Virus record (IMG/VR): IMGVR_UViG_3300044630_002232
Span: 1 to 28,237 of that record
Reading direction: 5' to 3' (one strand)
Source: a virus
Lineage: Duplodnaviria; Caudoviricetes
DNA length: 28,237 nt
Positions 9,246 through 16,336 of this stretch are shown here, piece by piece; the stretch's first letter is position 1, and each line of letters begins with the position of its first letter. Below the pieces are notes generated by a model, which saw only the letters and a list, made by a program, of their open reading frames with translations, did not search any database and was not told the DNA's origin. A program made the position numbers and the translations under genes.

Positions 9246-9290
9246 CTACCCTCCGATTGTTACTATCCAGCCTGCATAAAAAATAGCCAC

Positions 9291-9339
9291 GCAACAACCG
9301 TTGCAAACGCTTGACAAGCGTTGCAGGGGGGTATACCTT
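9291..9339 (+). promoter_or_regulatory. Early promoter P1 with palindromic operator
   Basis: TTGACA 9311-9316, 17-nt spacer, TACCTT 9334-9339. Palindrome AACGCTTG-A-CAAGCGTT over the -35 and GCAAC-N4-GTTGC at 9291-9304. Confidence 0.8.
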
Positions 9340-9345
9340 AGGGGA

Positions 9346-9387
9346 GTCAGGGAGTGAATCCACCAAACGGTGGGCCTGGCAGGGAGT
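9346..9387 (+). promoter_or_regulatory. Structured 5' leader, copy 1
   Basis: GTCAGG/CCTGGC outer stem, GAGTGAA bulge, TCCACC/GGTGGG inner hairpin, then AGGGAGT RBS. Confidence 0.65.
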
Positions 9388-9393
9388 AAAGAA

Positions 9394-9687
9394 ATGGCTT
9401 TTGATGGCACACATATCTCAGTGGATTTGATTGCTAATGCCAGCGATTTGACTACAGAGGAAAAGATTAAAAGCTTGCGCGGAAAAATGGCTGCACAAAC
9501 CAGACAAATTAACGCTCTAAATATTTGGATTATCCGCTACAGCTCGCCGGATTATGTACCTACCAGCTACAACACAATGAGTGGTGCAGAAAATATTGTG
9601 TGGTGCGAAAGGGAAATCATTAGACATACGGCACAGCGCGAGCGCATTGCCGGTTTGCTTGCCGATGTGAAAAAGGCGGTGCGCTGA
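9394..9687 (+). CDS. Hypothetical early protein (97 aa, lower GC; start revised to ATG 9394)
   Basis: AGGGAG RBS at 9381-9386; TGATG coupling to the next ORF. Confidence 0.75.
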   Translation: MAFDGTHISVDLIANASDLTTEEKIKSLRGKMAAQTRQINALNIWIIRYSSPDYVPTSYNTMSGAENIVWCEREIIRHTAQRERIAGLLADVKKAVR

Positions 9688-9908
9688 TGCGCAGCACGCG
9701 TTATTGGGTAGTTGAGCGTGACGCTCACGGCGATTGCGTGGGCGATTACCTGAGCGCGGCTATACATAGCGATGCACTCAAGCTTGCCGGTCAGATTAAG
9801 CGCAGCGCTGACGCTGACACGGTGAGCATTGAGCTGGGCAAGATTGTTGACTTTGAGGGGCCTGCCCAAAATGAGCAGGTGCTAAAGGTGTGGGAGGTGG
9901 CACGATGA
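9687..9908 (+). CDS. Hypothetical early protein (73 aa)
   Basis: Coupled at both ends (TGATG, ATGA). Confidence 0.7.
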   Translation: MRSTRYWVVERDAHGDCVGDYLSAAIHSDALKLAGQIKRSADADTVSIELGKIVDFEGPAQNEQVLKVWEVAR

Positions 9909-9991
9909 TTACCAAGATTGCTGAGGCGCTGAGTGTGGCGCTGTTTATGTTTGCAATGGTGCTGCTACTTGCAGCGGGAGGGATGCAGTGA
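9905..9991 (+). CDS. 28-aa single-TM microprotein (not in ORF track)
   Basis: MITKIAEALSVALFMFAMVLLLAAGGMQ; GGAGGT RBS; ATGA and GTGA overlaps. Confidence 0.65.
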   Translation: MITKIAEALSVALFMFAMVLLLAAGGMQ

Positions 9992-10152
9992 AACTGAACA
10001 GGGCTAATGAGCCGGTGGTGCTCACTGATATGCGCCCGCTCAGCGTGCCGCGCTTGGTGCGCGGTGAGCAGCGTGCAGACAAACTGCGCTTTATTGCGCA
10101 GCTGCTTTTTGCTCTTGCTGGCTGGGTGTTTATCTATGCGTGGTTGAGTTAG
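9988..10152 (+). CDS. 54-aa protein with C-terminal TM (not in ORF track)
   Basis: MKLNRANEPVV...FIAQLLFALAGWVFIYAWLS; GGGAGGG RBS; coupled at both ends. Confidence 0.65.
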   Translation: MKLNRANEPVVLTDMRPLSVPRLVRGEQRADKLRFIAQLLFALAGWVFIYAWLS

Positions 10153-10340
10153 TGCCGCTCTATGTGTATCAGTGCCCCGTATGCAAAGCGCTTGATGAGC
10201 GCCTGCAAACGATTGATGCGCCACTTACTCCGCGCTGTGAAAAGTGTGGGTGCTTTATGCCCCGCGTAATCAATGCACCGGCGGTGCAATACAAAGGCTC
10301 AGGGTGGGCAAAGCAGGATAGAAAAAAGGAGGGAAAGTAA
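10152..10340 (+). CDS. FmdB-family zinc-ribbon protein (start revised to GTG 10152)
   Basis: MPLYVYQCPVC...CEKCG...RVINAPAVQYKGSGW is the FmdB/CxxC_CxxC_SSSS pattern. Confidence 0.85.
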   Translation: MPLYVYQCPVCKALDERLQTIDAPLTPRCEKCGCFMPRVINAPAVQYKGSGWAKQDRKKEGK

Positions 10341-11276
10341 ATGGCAAGAGTGTTTGAATTCGTGAAGGCCGCGCAGCGCTCACCTATATGGTTTGAGTTG
10401 CGCAAGGATGGAATCACAGCAACTGATGCGGTGGTGATTGCAGGGCTGTCACCGTACAAAACCCGCTACGAGCTGTGGGCACAAAAGAGCGGGCTGATTG
10501 GCGAGCAGCCAGCAGGTGAGGCTGCCACCCGCGGCATCCTGCTTGAGCAGGCTGTGGCTGATTGGTACACGCTAGAAACCGGCAGGAAGTTGAAGCGCAG
10601 CAATGGCATTGTGCGGCGCATTGATATCCCGTGGGCAATGGCAAGCCTTGACCGCACGGTGGTGGGTGAGCCTGGTTTGGTGGAGGTGAAAACCAGCACC
10701 AGCAGCCGCTGGCAGCTGTACCCAGTGCCGCCTGAATATGTGGCACAGGTTCAGTGGCAGGCATTCTGCACAGGCGCACCGTGGGTTGATGTGGTGGCGC
10801 TGCTAGGTGGGCTGAAGTTTAGGTGTGAGCGCGTAATGGCTGACCCTGACTATCAGCAAGAGCTGTACCGCAAGGCGGTTGAGTTTCGTGAGCTGATTGC
10901 CAGCGGCAAGCCGCCAGAGGTGATTGGCACAGACTCAGACACGCTGGCAAAGGTGGTACCGCAAGCCAGCGATGAATGGGCACACGCTGATGACGGCATT
11001 GAGCGCGTGGCTGAGCAGTATGCTGACGCGCTCTATGAGAGCAAGCTGGCTGATGAGCACCTACAGAATCTGGCAGTGGTGATTAAGGAAGCCATTGGGG
11101 ATAAGGTGGGCGTTACCGGCAAGGGCTGGTACGCCAGCTGGAAACAGAATAAGCCAAGCCGCAAGGTGGATTACAAGGCGGCGCTGGAGGCGGCAAAGGT
11201 GCCGCAGGAAATCATTCAAAGCGCAACTCAGGAAGTACCTGGGGCGCGGGTGTTTAAGTTTAAGAGGGGGGAATGA
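10341..11276 (+). CDS. YqaJ-like (lambda Exo family) 5'-3' exonuclease
   Basis: W..LR..GITATD, SPYKT, G..LE, ASLD, EVKT, Y..QVQWQ motifs. Confidence 0.92.
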   Translation: MARVFEFVKAAQRSPIWFELRKDGITATDAVVIAGLSPYKTRYELWAQKSGLIGEQPAGEAATRGILLEQAVADWYTLETGRKLKRSNGIVRRIDIPWAMASLDRTVVGEPGLVEVKTSTSSRWQLYPVPPEYVAQVQWQAFCTGAPWVDVVALLGGLKFRCERVMADPDYQQELYRKAVEFRELIASGKPPEVIGTDSDTLAKVVPQASDEWAHADDGIERVAEQYADALYESKLADEHLQNLAVVIKEAIGDKVGVTGKGWYASWKQNKPSRKVDYKAALEAAKVPQEIIQSATQEVPGARVFKFKRGE

Positions 11277-12010
11277 TGAGCAAGGAAATCGCAGCGGCGC
11301 TTAGCGCGCCATTTGAGGCTAAGGATTTGAAGCAGCGCCCAGGCAGGGCTGGGCTGGTGTTCACCTACGCGGATGCCCGCGCAGTTGCACAGCGGCTTGA
11401 TGATGTGCTGGGTATCGCTGGCTGGCAGTTTGAGGTAAAGGTGGCTGACCCTGCTAGGTGCGTGGTGCACGGCAGCTTGGCGCTGGTGATTGATGGCAGC
11501 ACCACAATCCGCCAAGATTACGGGTATCCCAATGGCCCGCAGGATGATGAGCCGCTGAAGTCAGCGGTGAGCGATGCGCTCCGCCGGTGCGCGGCGCAGG
11601 TGGGGGTAGGCCGCAGCCTTTACAGCCCCGATAAGAGCGCTGGGGCTACCAAGCCCCACATTGCAGCGGCACCAGCCCTTAGCGTGGCGCAAACCACCCC
11701 TGCAGGGCATTCTAGCGAGGGGGTCACAGCCCCTTCAAACGATGACCTGCTGGCAGTGAAGGCTGCAATGATTTTTGCAGAGTCAACCACTGAGGGCACT
11801 TGCAGCCACGGGCAGGCTTGGAGCCTGAAGCCAGGCGGGGTAAGCAAAGCTACGGGGAAGCCCTATAACCCATTCTGGGCAGCGAGCCACAAGGCACCTG
11901 ATGGCTCGTGGTGCAAGGATAAGCCAAGCAATCAGTGGGTAGCAGCCCACAGCAAGCCCGCGGCACCGGCACTGGTGCCTGAGGATACCTTTGAGGATTT
12001 GCCTTTTTAG
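11273..12010 (+). CDS. Rad52/Rad22 (Sak)-family single-strand annealing protein
   Basis: LSAPF, YADARAVAQRLDDVLG...W, KSAVSDALRRCAAQVGVGRSLY; adjacent to the exonuclease. Confidence 0.88.
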   Translation: MMSKEIAAALSAPFEAKDLKQRPGRAGLVFTYADARAVAQRLDDVLGIAGWQFEVKVADPARCVVHGSLALVIDGSTTIRQDYGYPNGPQDDEPLKSAVSDALRRCAAQVGVGRSLYSPDKSAGATKPHIAAAPALSVAQTTPAGHSSEGVTAPSNDDLLAVKAAMIFAESTTEGTCSHGQAWSLKPGGVSKATGKPYNPFWAASHKAPDGSWCKDKPSNQWVAAHSKPAAPALVPEDTFEDLPF

Positions 12011-12020
12011 GGTTCAGCAA

Positions 12021-12052
12021 TGGGTGGTGGCGGCGGGTTACGCCACCACCCA
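12021..12052 (+). promoter_or_regulatory. Strong intergenic hairpin before the replication initiator
   Basis: TGGGTGGTGGCG/CGCCACCACCCA 12-bp stem, no U-tract on the + strand. Confidence 0.55.
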
Positions 12053-12071
12053 CAAAACAGGGAGGGAATAA

Positions 12072-12512
12072 ATGGCACAAGGCGCGTGGATTAAGTTGAG
12101 CGTGGGATGGGATGAGGATGAGCGGATTGCGGTGCTACCACCGCTGGCGCAGCTCACCTATCTGAAGGTGTTGACACGGGCGAAGCGGCAGCGCCCTCAG
12201 GGTAGCTTTGGCAGCATTGAGCATTTGCGCACTCTGGTGCCTGCTAACCTGCACAAGCACTTATCAACATTGGTGAAGGTTGGCTTACTTTTTGAGTCAA
12301 ATAAAAGAATTTGCGTAGACAACTTTTCTAAATATCAAGTAGACCCTAGTGCAACGGAGCGCTCAAACAGGTTCAGAATGGCGCAACGCAACGGTTTTGC
12401 AACGCAAATGCAACGCACTGAGATAGAGAAAGAGAAAGAGAGAGAGAAAGAGAAAGACACTCTTACTAAACAGCCAATGCAAGTAGGCAAGATTTTGAGA
12501 GGCGGTATCTGA
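12072..12512 (+). CDS. Replication initiator / replisome organizer (lambda O / Phage_rep_org_N-like)
   Basis: N-terminal WIKL, wHTH-like L..L...GLL, NFSKYQ...ATERSNRFR, EIEKEKE linker; internal repeats. Confidence 0.8.
   Translation: MAQGAWIKLSVGWDEDERIAVLPPLAQLTYLKVLTRAKRQRPQGSFGSIEHLRTLVPANLHKHLSTLVKVGLLFESNKRICVDNFSKYQVDPSATERSNRFRMAQRNGFATQMQRTEIEKEKEREKEKDTLTKQPMQVGKILRGGI
12350..12458 (+). repeat. Putative replication origin: GCAACG iterons followed by a purine tract
   Basis: GCAACG at 12351, 12383, 12388, 12399, 12410 (last three 11 nt apart), then an A/G tract at 12420-12457 inside the initiator gene. Confidence 0.7.
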
Positions 12513-12880
12513 TGATGCGCAATGAGGGAGCAACCCACATTGACACCACGGGCATTGAGGGGATAGTTCCAGCAAACCCAAAGTGGGGTTTCTCAAACAT
12601 TGACCTTATCGGTGAGCGCAAGGGTAGGTTTCTGGTACAGGAATGGAAGCGCCCTAATGAGCAGTTGAGCACAGGGCAGAGGATTCTTTTAGAGCAGTTG
12701 GCGAAGCAGCCAGCCTTCACCGTGCTCGTGGTTACAGGGCACACCGCCGGTACGGCAATGACGGTGCACGCGGTGCACGAGATTATCGGCGGCAAGGCGC
12801 AACTCATTGCCACCACCACGGAGGCATTTAGGGAGTGCATCAGTGTCTGGTACGGCAAGGTTGAGCGTGGTGAGCTATGA
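12512..12880 (+). CDS. Hypothetical protein with PD-(D/E)xK nuclease-like motif
   Basis: NIDLIGE...FLVQEWKR...LSTGQ. Confidence 0.55.
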   Translation: MMRNEGATHIDTTGIEGIVPANPKWGFSNIDLIGERKGRFLVQEWKRPNEQLSTGQRILLEQLAKQPAFTVLVVTGHTAGTAMTVHAVHEIIGGKAQLIATTTEAFRECISVWYGKVERGEL

Positions 12881-13452
12881 AGCGCACGGTTGCCCTAATC
12901 GGGCCACAGGGCGCGGGTAAAACTACCTTGGCTGAGTTGCTGGTTGAGCACCGCGGCTACAGGCGGCACGGCATTGCTGATGGCATCAGGCGCGTGCTGC
13001 AAATGGCATACCGCGAGGGTGTCAGCAAGGGCGAAACCATTGACCTTCAACGCTTCAGCGGCAAGGTGACCCTCACAGGGCGCGAGCTGATGCAGGAAGT
13101 AGGGATGGCACTCCGCGATGTTGACCTTCATTTTTGGCTGCGCGTGTGGTCAGAGGGGTATAGCCAACTTTGGCAGAATGGCGTGCCCGTAGTGGTTGAC
13201 GATGTAAGGCTGCCCAGCGAGGTGCAAATGCTGCGCGTGATTGAGCCAAGCATTGCCATTGTGCGGGTGCACGCTGATGCTGAGGTGCGCAGGGAGCGTA
13301 GGGCTGGTGAATACACCGGCAATGGTGATATCACTGAAACAGGGTGGGAGGGGGCAGCGTTTGATGCCACGATTGACACCACCGCTTGCACGGTGCAAGA
13401 GGCATATGCAGCCCTGGTGGCTGCGATTGATGGAGGGAGTGAGAATGTTTGA
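12877..13452 (+). CDS. Deoxynucleoside monophosphate kinase
   Basis: P-loop GPQGAGKTT, RELMQEVG...R, VVDDVRLPSE. Confidence 0.85.
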   Translation: MKRTVALIGPQGAGKTTLAELLVEHRGYRRHGIADGIRRVLQMAYREGVSKGETIDLQRFSGKVTLTGRELMQEVGMALRDVDLHFWLRVWSEGYSQLWQNGVPVVVDDVRLPSEVQMLRVIEPSIAIVRVHADAEVRRERRAGEYTGNGDITETGWEGAAFDATIDTTACTVQEAYAALVAAIDGGSENV

Positions 13453-13645
13453 GCAGTTGAACACGCTATGCGCAATGGTGGGGTATCAGTTTGATGCCCT
13501 GCTGGCGGTTCCAAGCGGCGGCTTTGTCTGCGTGCTCGTGGATAGGCTTGATGGCGAGCTGGAGTTTAAGGGCGAAACCCCACAGGCAGCCGTGCAGGCC
13601 GCCATTGACCGGCTTGAGGTAGTAAGTGGGAGTATTGCCCATTGA
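13445..13645 (+). CDS. Hypothetical protein (66 aa; start revised to ATG 13445)
   Basis: GGAGGGAG RBS; GETPQAA.QAA motif seen in small phage proteins. Confidence 0.65.
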   Translation: MFEQLNTLCAMVGYQFDALLAVPSGGFVCVLVDRLDGELEFKGETPQAAVQAAIDRLEVVSGSIAH

Positions 13646-13824
13646 ATACCTTTAACGCTCTAGGGGTAACGCTGGCAGTGCTGCAGCTCACGATGGCAAT
13701 ACTGGTTGCGCTTTCTATCCCCACTGCAAGCAAGCGCGGCAGCGGTTGGCTGGCTGCTATGTACGCAGTGCTTGGGTTTGCTACCGTGGTGTGGATTATG
13801 AGGGCGGCACTATGGCAGGCGTAA
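13642..13824 (+). CDS. Small two-TM membrane protein (60 aa)
   Basis: Two hydrophobic helices; TTGA overlap; GGGAG RBS. Confidence 0.6.
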   Translation: MNTFNALGVTLAVLQLTMAILVALSIPTASKRGSGWLAAMYAVLGFATVVWIMRAALWQA

Positions 13825-13991
13825 AGACTTCACGGGGCGGCGCAAGCAAGGCACCCGTGTTTGCGCCTACCCCGTGCGCTGAGTGCGGGCAAACCATTGA
13901 CACCGGCAAGGATGCCACCCGTGTGCTGCGCATTGGCTATGAGCCCAAGCAGCGCAGGCTGGAGTGGATGCACAAGGCGCACATAAAATGA
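13812..13991 (+). CDS. Small Zn-finger-like protein (start revised to ATG 13812)
   Basis: GAGGG RBS; CAECG...HKAH. Confidence 0.55.
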   Translation: MAGVKTSRGGASKAPVFAPTPCAECGQTIDTGKDATRVLRIGYEPKQRRLEWMHKAHIK

Positions 13992-14224
13992 CCCGCAGGC
14001 GATGGCGCTGCACTTTTTGCAGGCAGCAATTTGCGCCACCCAAGGATGGCAAGATTCCTTGGCTATGGCTCTGCGCGCCCTGCGAGATAATGAAAATTGA
14101 GCAGGCTGCGGATTGGGTGAGTTCAGAAGTTACGCACTTTGTACGCGCAAAAACAAAAGGCACGCAGCCAAATTACTCACGGCTATCTTGGGCATTACGG
14201 GAAGCAGAGAGGTACGCCAAATGA
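13988..14224 (+). CDS. Small CxxC...CxxC protein (start revised to ATG 13988)
   Basis: ATGA overlaps at both ends; CTFC and CAPC. Confidence 0.55.
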   Translation: MTRRRWRCTFCRQQFAPPKDGKIPWLWLCAPCEIMKIEQAADWVSSEVTHFVRAKTKGTQPNYSRLSWALREAERYAK

Positions 14225-14514
14225 CCCGCATAGAGCGAGCTGCACCATTCCTTGATGAGCGCGTGATTGCGGTGCAAGAGGGCGCTGATGCGTGGTGCTA
14301 TGAGCCTGGGGTTGGAGGCAGGGCGTGGTGCATTCTCAGCCAGCGCTTTGCTGATGCGGTAGCGCCTGAAGGCTGGTTTTTTCTGTACGAGGGAATTGGA
14401 AACCGAAAAACAAACCTAGACCTTGTGAAGCACGGGCTAATGGAATTGGAGCAGAGCCGGTTCACCTTGAGCGATGGCGGCACCGCGCAGCTCGCAAGGC
14501 TTTTAGAGGAATGA
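14221..14514 (+). CDS. Hypothetical protein (97 aa; start revised to ATG 14221)
   Basis: GAGG RBS and ATGA overlap. Confidence 0.65.
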   Translation: MTRIERAAPFLDERVIAVQEGADAWCYEPGVGGRAWCILSQRFADAVAPEGWFFLYEGIGNRKTNLDLVKHGLMELEQSRFTLSDGGTAQLARLLEE

Positions 14515-14594
14515 GCAAAATGCCCGTGCCATTTATTTTTTACGCACAAACTAAAAATGTGTTGAGCGTGAAAGTTAGTGAAACGGAAAAACAG

Positions 14595-14669
14595 CGTTGC
14601 ACCGTATGGTATAATGGTGTTAGCAGTGAGGAAGCAAACCAAAAGGTTTGCACTGCAAAAGGAGTGAGA
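14595..14669 (+). promoter_or_regulatory. Promoter P3 (extended -10) with CGTTGCA box and structured leader, copy 2
   Basis: CGTTGCA 14595-14601; TGGTATAAT 14607-14615; GCAGT/ACTGC stem, GAGGAA bulge, GCAAACC/GGTTTGC hairpin; AAGGAG RBS; AT-rich upstream. Confidence 0.75.
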
Positions 14670-14672
14670 GGA

Positions 14673-14849
14673 ATGCAAAAGAAAAACTGCATTGGTGTAA
14701 AGCGTAGAGCTGGCGATGACGGCAAGTGCAACAAGCCTAGACTTCATAGCTGGAAATACAACGGCAAAAAACTATATTGCACTGATTGCTTTACTTACAA
14801 AATCAATGAGATGAAGCTGCGAGATACCAGGGTTCGGTTCGGAATCTGA
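14673..14849 (+). CDS. Small basic Cys-rich protein (58 aa), likely true start inside track ORF 14511..14849
   Basis: In-frame ATG 14673 after AAGGAG RBS and promoter P3; low GC; C...C...CxxC. Confidence 0.6.
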   Translation: MQKKNCIGVKRRAGDDGKCNKPRLHSWKYNGKKLYCTDCFTYKINEMKLRDTRVRFGI

Positions 14850-15232
14850 TGGGGCACTTCAAGGATGAGGCGATTAAGCAAGGCATTGACCCAGCCAAGA
14901 GCCGCAAGGGTAAAAACAGCCGCCAACGCGGGCACGCGTTTGAAAGATTTGTGGCGGAGAAACTTGGCGGTAGGCGTGTTGGACACTTTGGCGGAAAAGC
15001 AGATGCCACCGGCGGTGAAGGTGAATGGCTGCAGGTGCAATGTAAAGTGGGCGGCAGCTTCAGTGAGCGCCAATGGGATTGGCTGCAGAGTGTGCCCGTA
15101 AAGAGTGACCAGCTGCGTGGCTTGGTGATTGGTGACAGCCCAGGCGTTGGAGGCGGGCGAAGGCGCGCAGTTATCGTGCTGGATTTGGATGACTTCACAG
15201 AGTGGTTTGTAAGCAAGCCAACCGATGAGTAG
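14849..15232 (+). CDS. Holliday-junction-resolvase-like PD-(D/E)xK nuclease
   Basis: SRQRGHAFERFVA...AD...VQCK...LDLDDF pattern typical of phage Hjc-like resolvases. Confidence 0.7.
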   Translation: MGHFKDEAIKQGIDPAKSRKGKNSRQRGHAFERFVAEKLGGRRVGHFGGKADATGGEGEWLQVQCKVGGSFSERQWDWLQSVPVKSDQLRGLVIGDSPGVGGGRRRAVIVLDLDDFTEWFVSKPTDE

Positions 15233-15806
15233 CGCCAACTTTGCGGCGCGCTTTGCACCGCACCTAGGCGCAACCCGTAGGTGGCAGGCGTTTGTGTTTA
15301 TCGCTGATGCCCTCGCTGAGCTGCGCAGACCTATCGGCATTGTTGAAACAGGATGCTTGCGCCAGCCAGATAACTGGGCAGGTGACGGCCAGAGCACCGC
15401 GGTGTGGGATTGGCTGCTTAATCAGCACGGCGGCTATGGGCATTCCTATGACATCAGCCCAGACAGCGTGGCAGCAGCCCGCGCAGCGGTAAGCAAGATG
15501 GAGGTGCACCAGCAGGATTCTGTTGAGGCGCTGCGCACATTCCCAAATGCCAGCACCATTGACCTGCTCTATTTGGATTCCTATGACTGGACGGCTAACA
15601 GCGATGCCAGCGCCCTGCACCACCGCGCTGAGCTGGACGCTATCTATGACCGCCTGCGCCCAGGGTGCCTCATTGCGGTTGATGACTGTATGGGCAAGAG
15701 CAAGGGTAAGCACGCGCTGGTGCTGCCGTGGCTGGCTGAGCGTGGGGTTGAGCCTATTGTTACAGGGTATGTATATGTGTGGCGCAAGCCACCTGCAACG
15801 GCTTGA
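15225..15806 (+). CDS. Class I SAM-dependent methyltransferase (Methyltransf_24-like; not a DNA MTase)
   Basis: IVETG, YDI, DSVEAL, IDLLYLDS, LRPGCLIAVDD motifs. Confidence 0.85.
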   Translation: MSSANFAARFAPHLGATRRWQAFVFIADALAELRRPIGIVETGCLRQPDNWAGDGQSTAVWDWLLNQHGGYGHSYDISPDSVAAARAAVSKMEVHQQDSVEALRTFPNASTIDLLYLDSYDWTANSDASALHHRAELDAIYDRLRPGCLIAVDDCMGKSKGKHALVLPWLAERGVEPIVTGYVYVWRKPPATA

Positions 15807-15885
15807 CACCGTTGCAACAGGGGTGCTAGGATTGCTTCAGCAGCGAGGAAACCGGCAAGTTGCTGGAGCTGCAAAAGGAGTGAGA
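15794..15885 (+). promoter_or_regulatory. Promoter P2 with palindromic operator and structured leader, copy 3
   Basis: TGCAACGG-CTTGACA-CCGTTGCA (15794-15816); TG-C-TAGGAT 15824-15832; GCAGC/GCTGC stem, GAGGAA bulge, CCGGC/GCTGG hairpin; AAGGAG RBS. Confidence 0.8.
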
Positions 15886-15887
15886 AA

Positions 15888-16088
15888 ATGAATGCAACCG
15901 CTCTAAGGATTGCAACGAGGATTATCACCGAAACCTACCCTGCCGCTGTGGTAACGGCGCTTGGCAAGTTTAAGTTCAATGGCACTGACTTTACCGGCAA
16001 GGTGCGGGTTACTGGTTACCAGATGCGCCCAGTAATTTATGCAGTCACCGCTAAGGGCTCTGCAGTATCCCTAAAGGCGGTGCGCTAA
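15888..16088 (+). CDS. Hypothetical early protein (66 aa)
   Basis: Strong RBS; TAATG coupling. Confidence 0.7.
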   Translation: MNATALRIATRIITETYPAAVVTALGKFKFNGTDFTGKVRVTGYQMRPVIYAVTAKGSAVSLKAVR

Positions 16089-16336
16089 TGAAGCTGACCA
16101 TTGCGCACATTGAGGCGCTGATGTTCAACCCAGCACGCGGGGGCTTTGGCTACCTTGGGTGCCGTGAGTATATGACCGGCAAGCAAAAGGCTTACGGTGA
16201 CCGCCAGCTACTAAAGTTTGCCAATGCAAATGGCTGGGATATGTCTGACCTGTTCTACTGGGCTGACAGCAAGGCAGGCCGCTGGTTTGGTGATGCAATT
16301 GTTGGCGGTGGTAAGCCCACCGTACAGGCTGACTGA
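16088..16336 (+). CDS. Hypothetical protein (82 aa)
   Basis: Coupled at both ends; SKAGRWFGD motif. Confidence 0.7.
   Translation: MKLTIAHIEALMFNPARGGFGYLGCREYMTGKQKAYGDRQLLKFANANGWDMSDLFYWADSKAGRWFGDAIVGGGKPTVQAD

Noticed and set aside
9191-9390. CRISPR mini-array or attP site
   Set aside because: No regularly spaced direct repeats and no integrase; the palindromes are explained by hairpins and the promoter operator.
12420-12457. AG-rich microsatellite
   Set aside because: Encodes the EKEKEREKEK linker typical of phage initiators; treated as part of the origin region.
15225-15806. DNA methyltransferase explaining the palindrome bias
   Set aside because: Lacks DPPY/NPPY or PC motifs; the pattern fits small-molecule or glycan methyltransferases.
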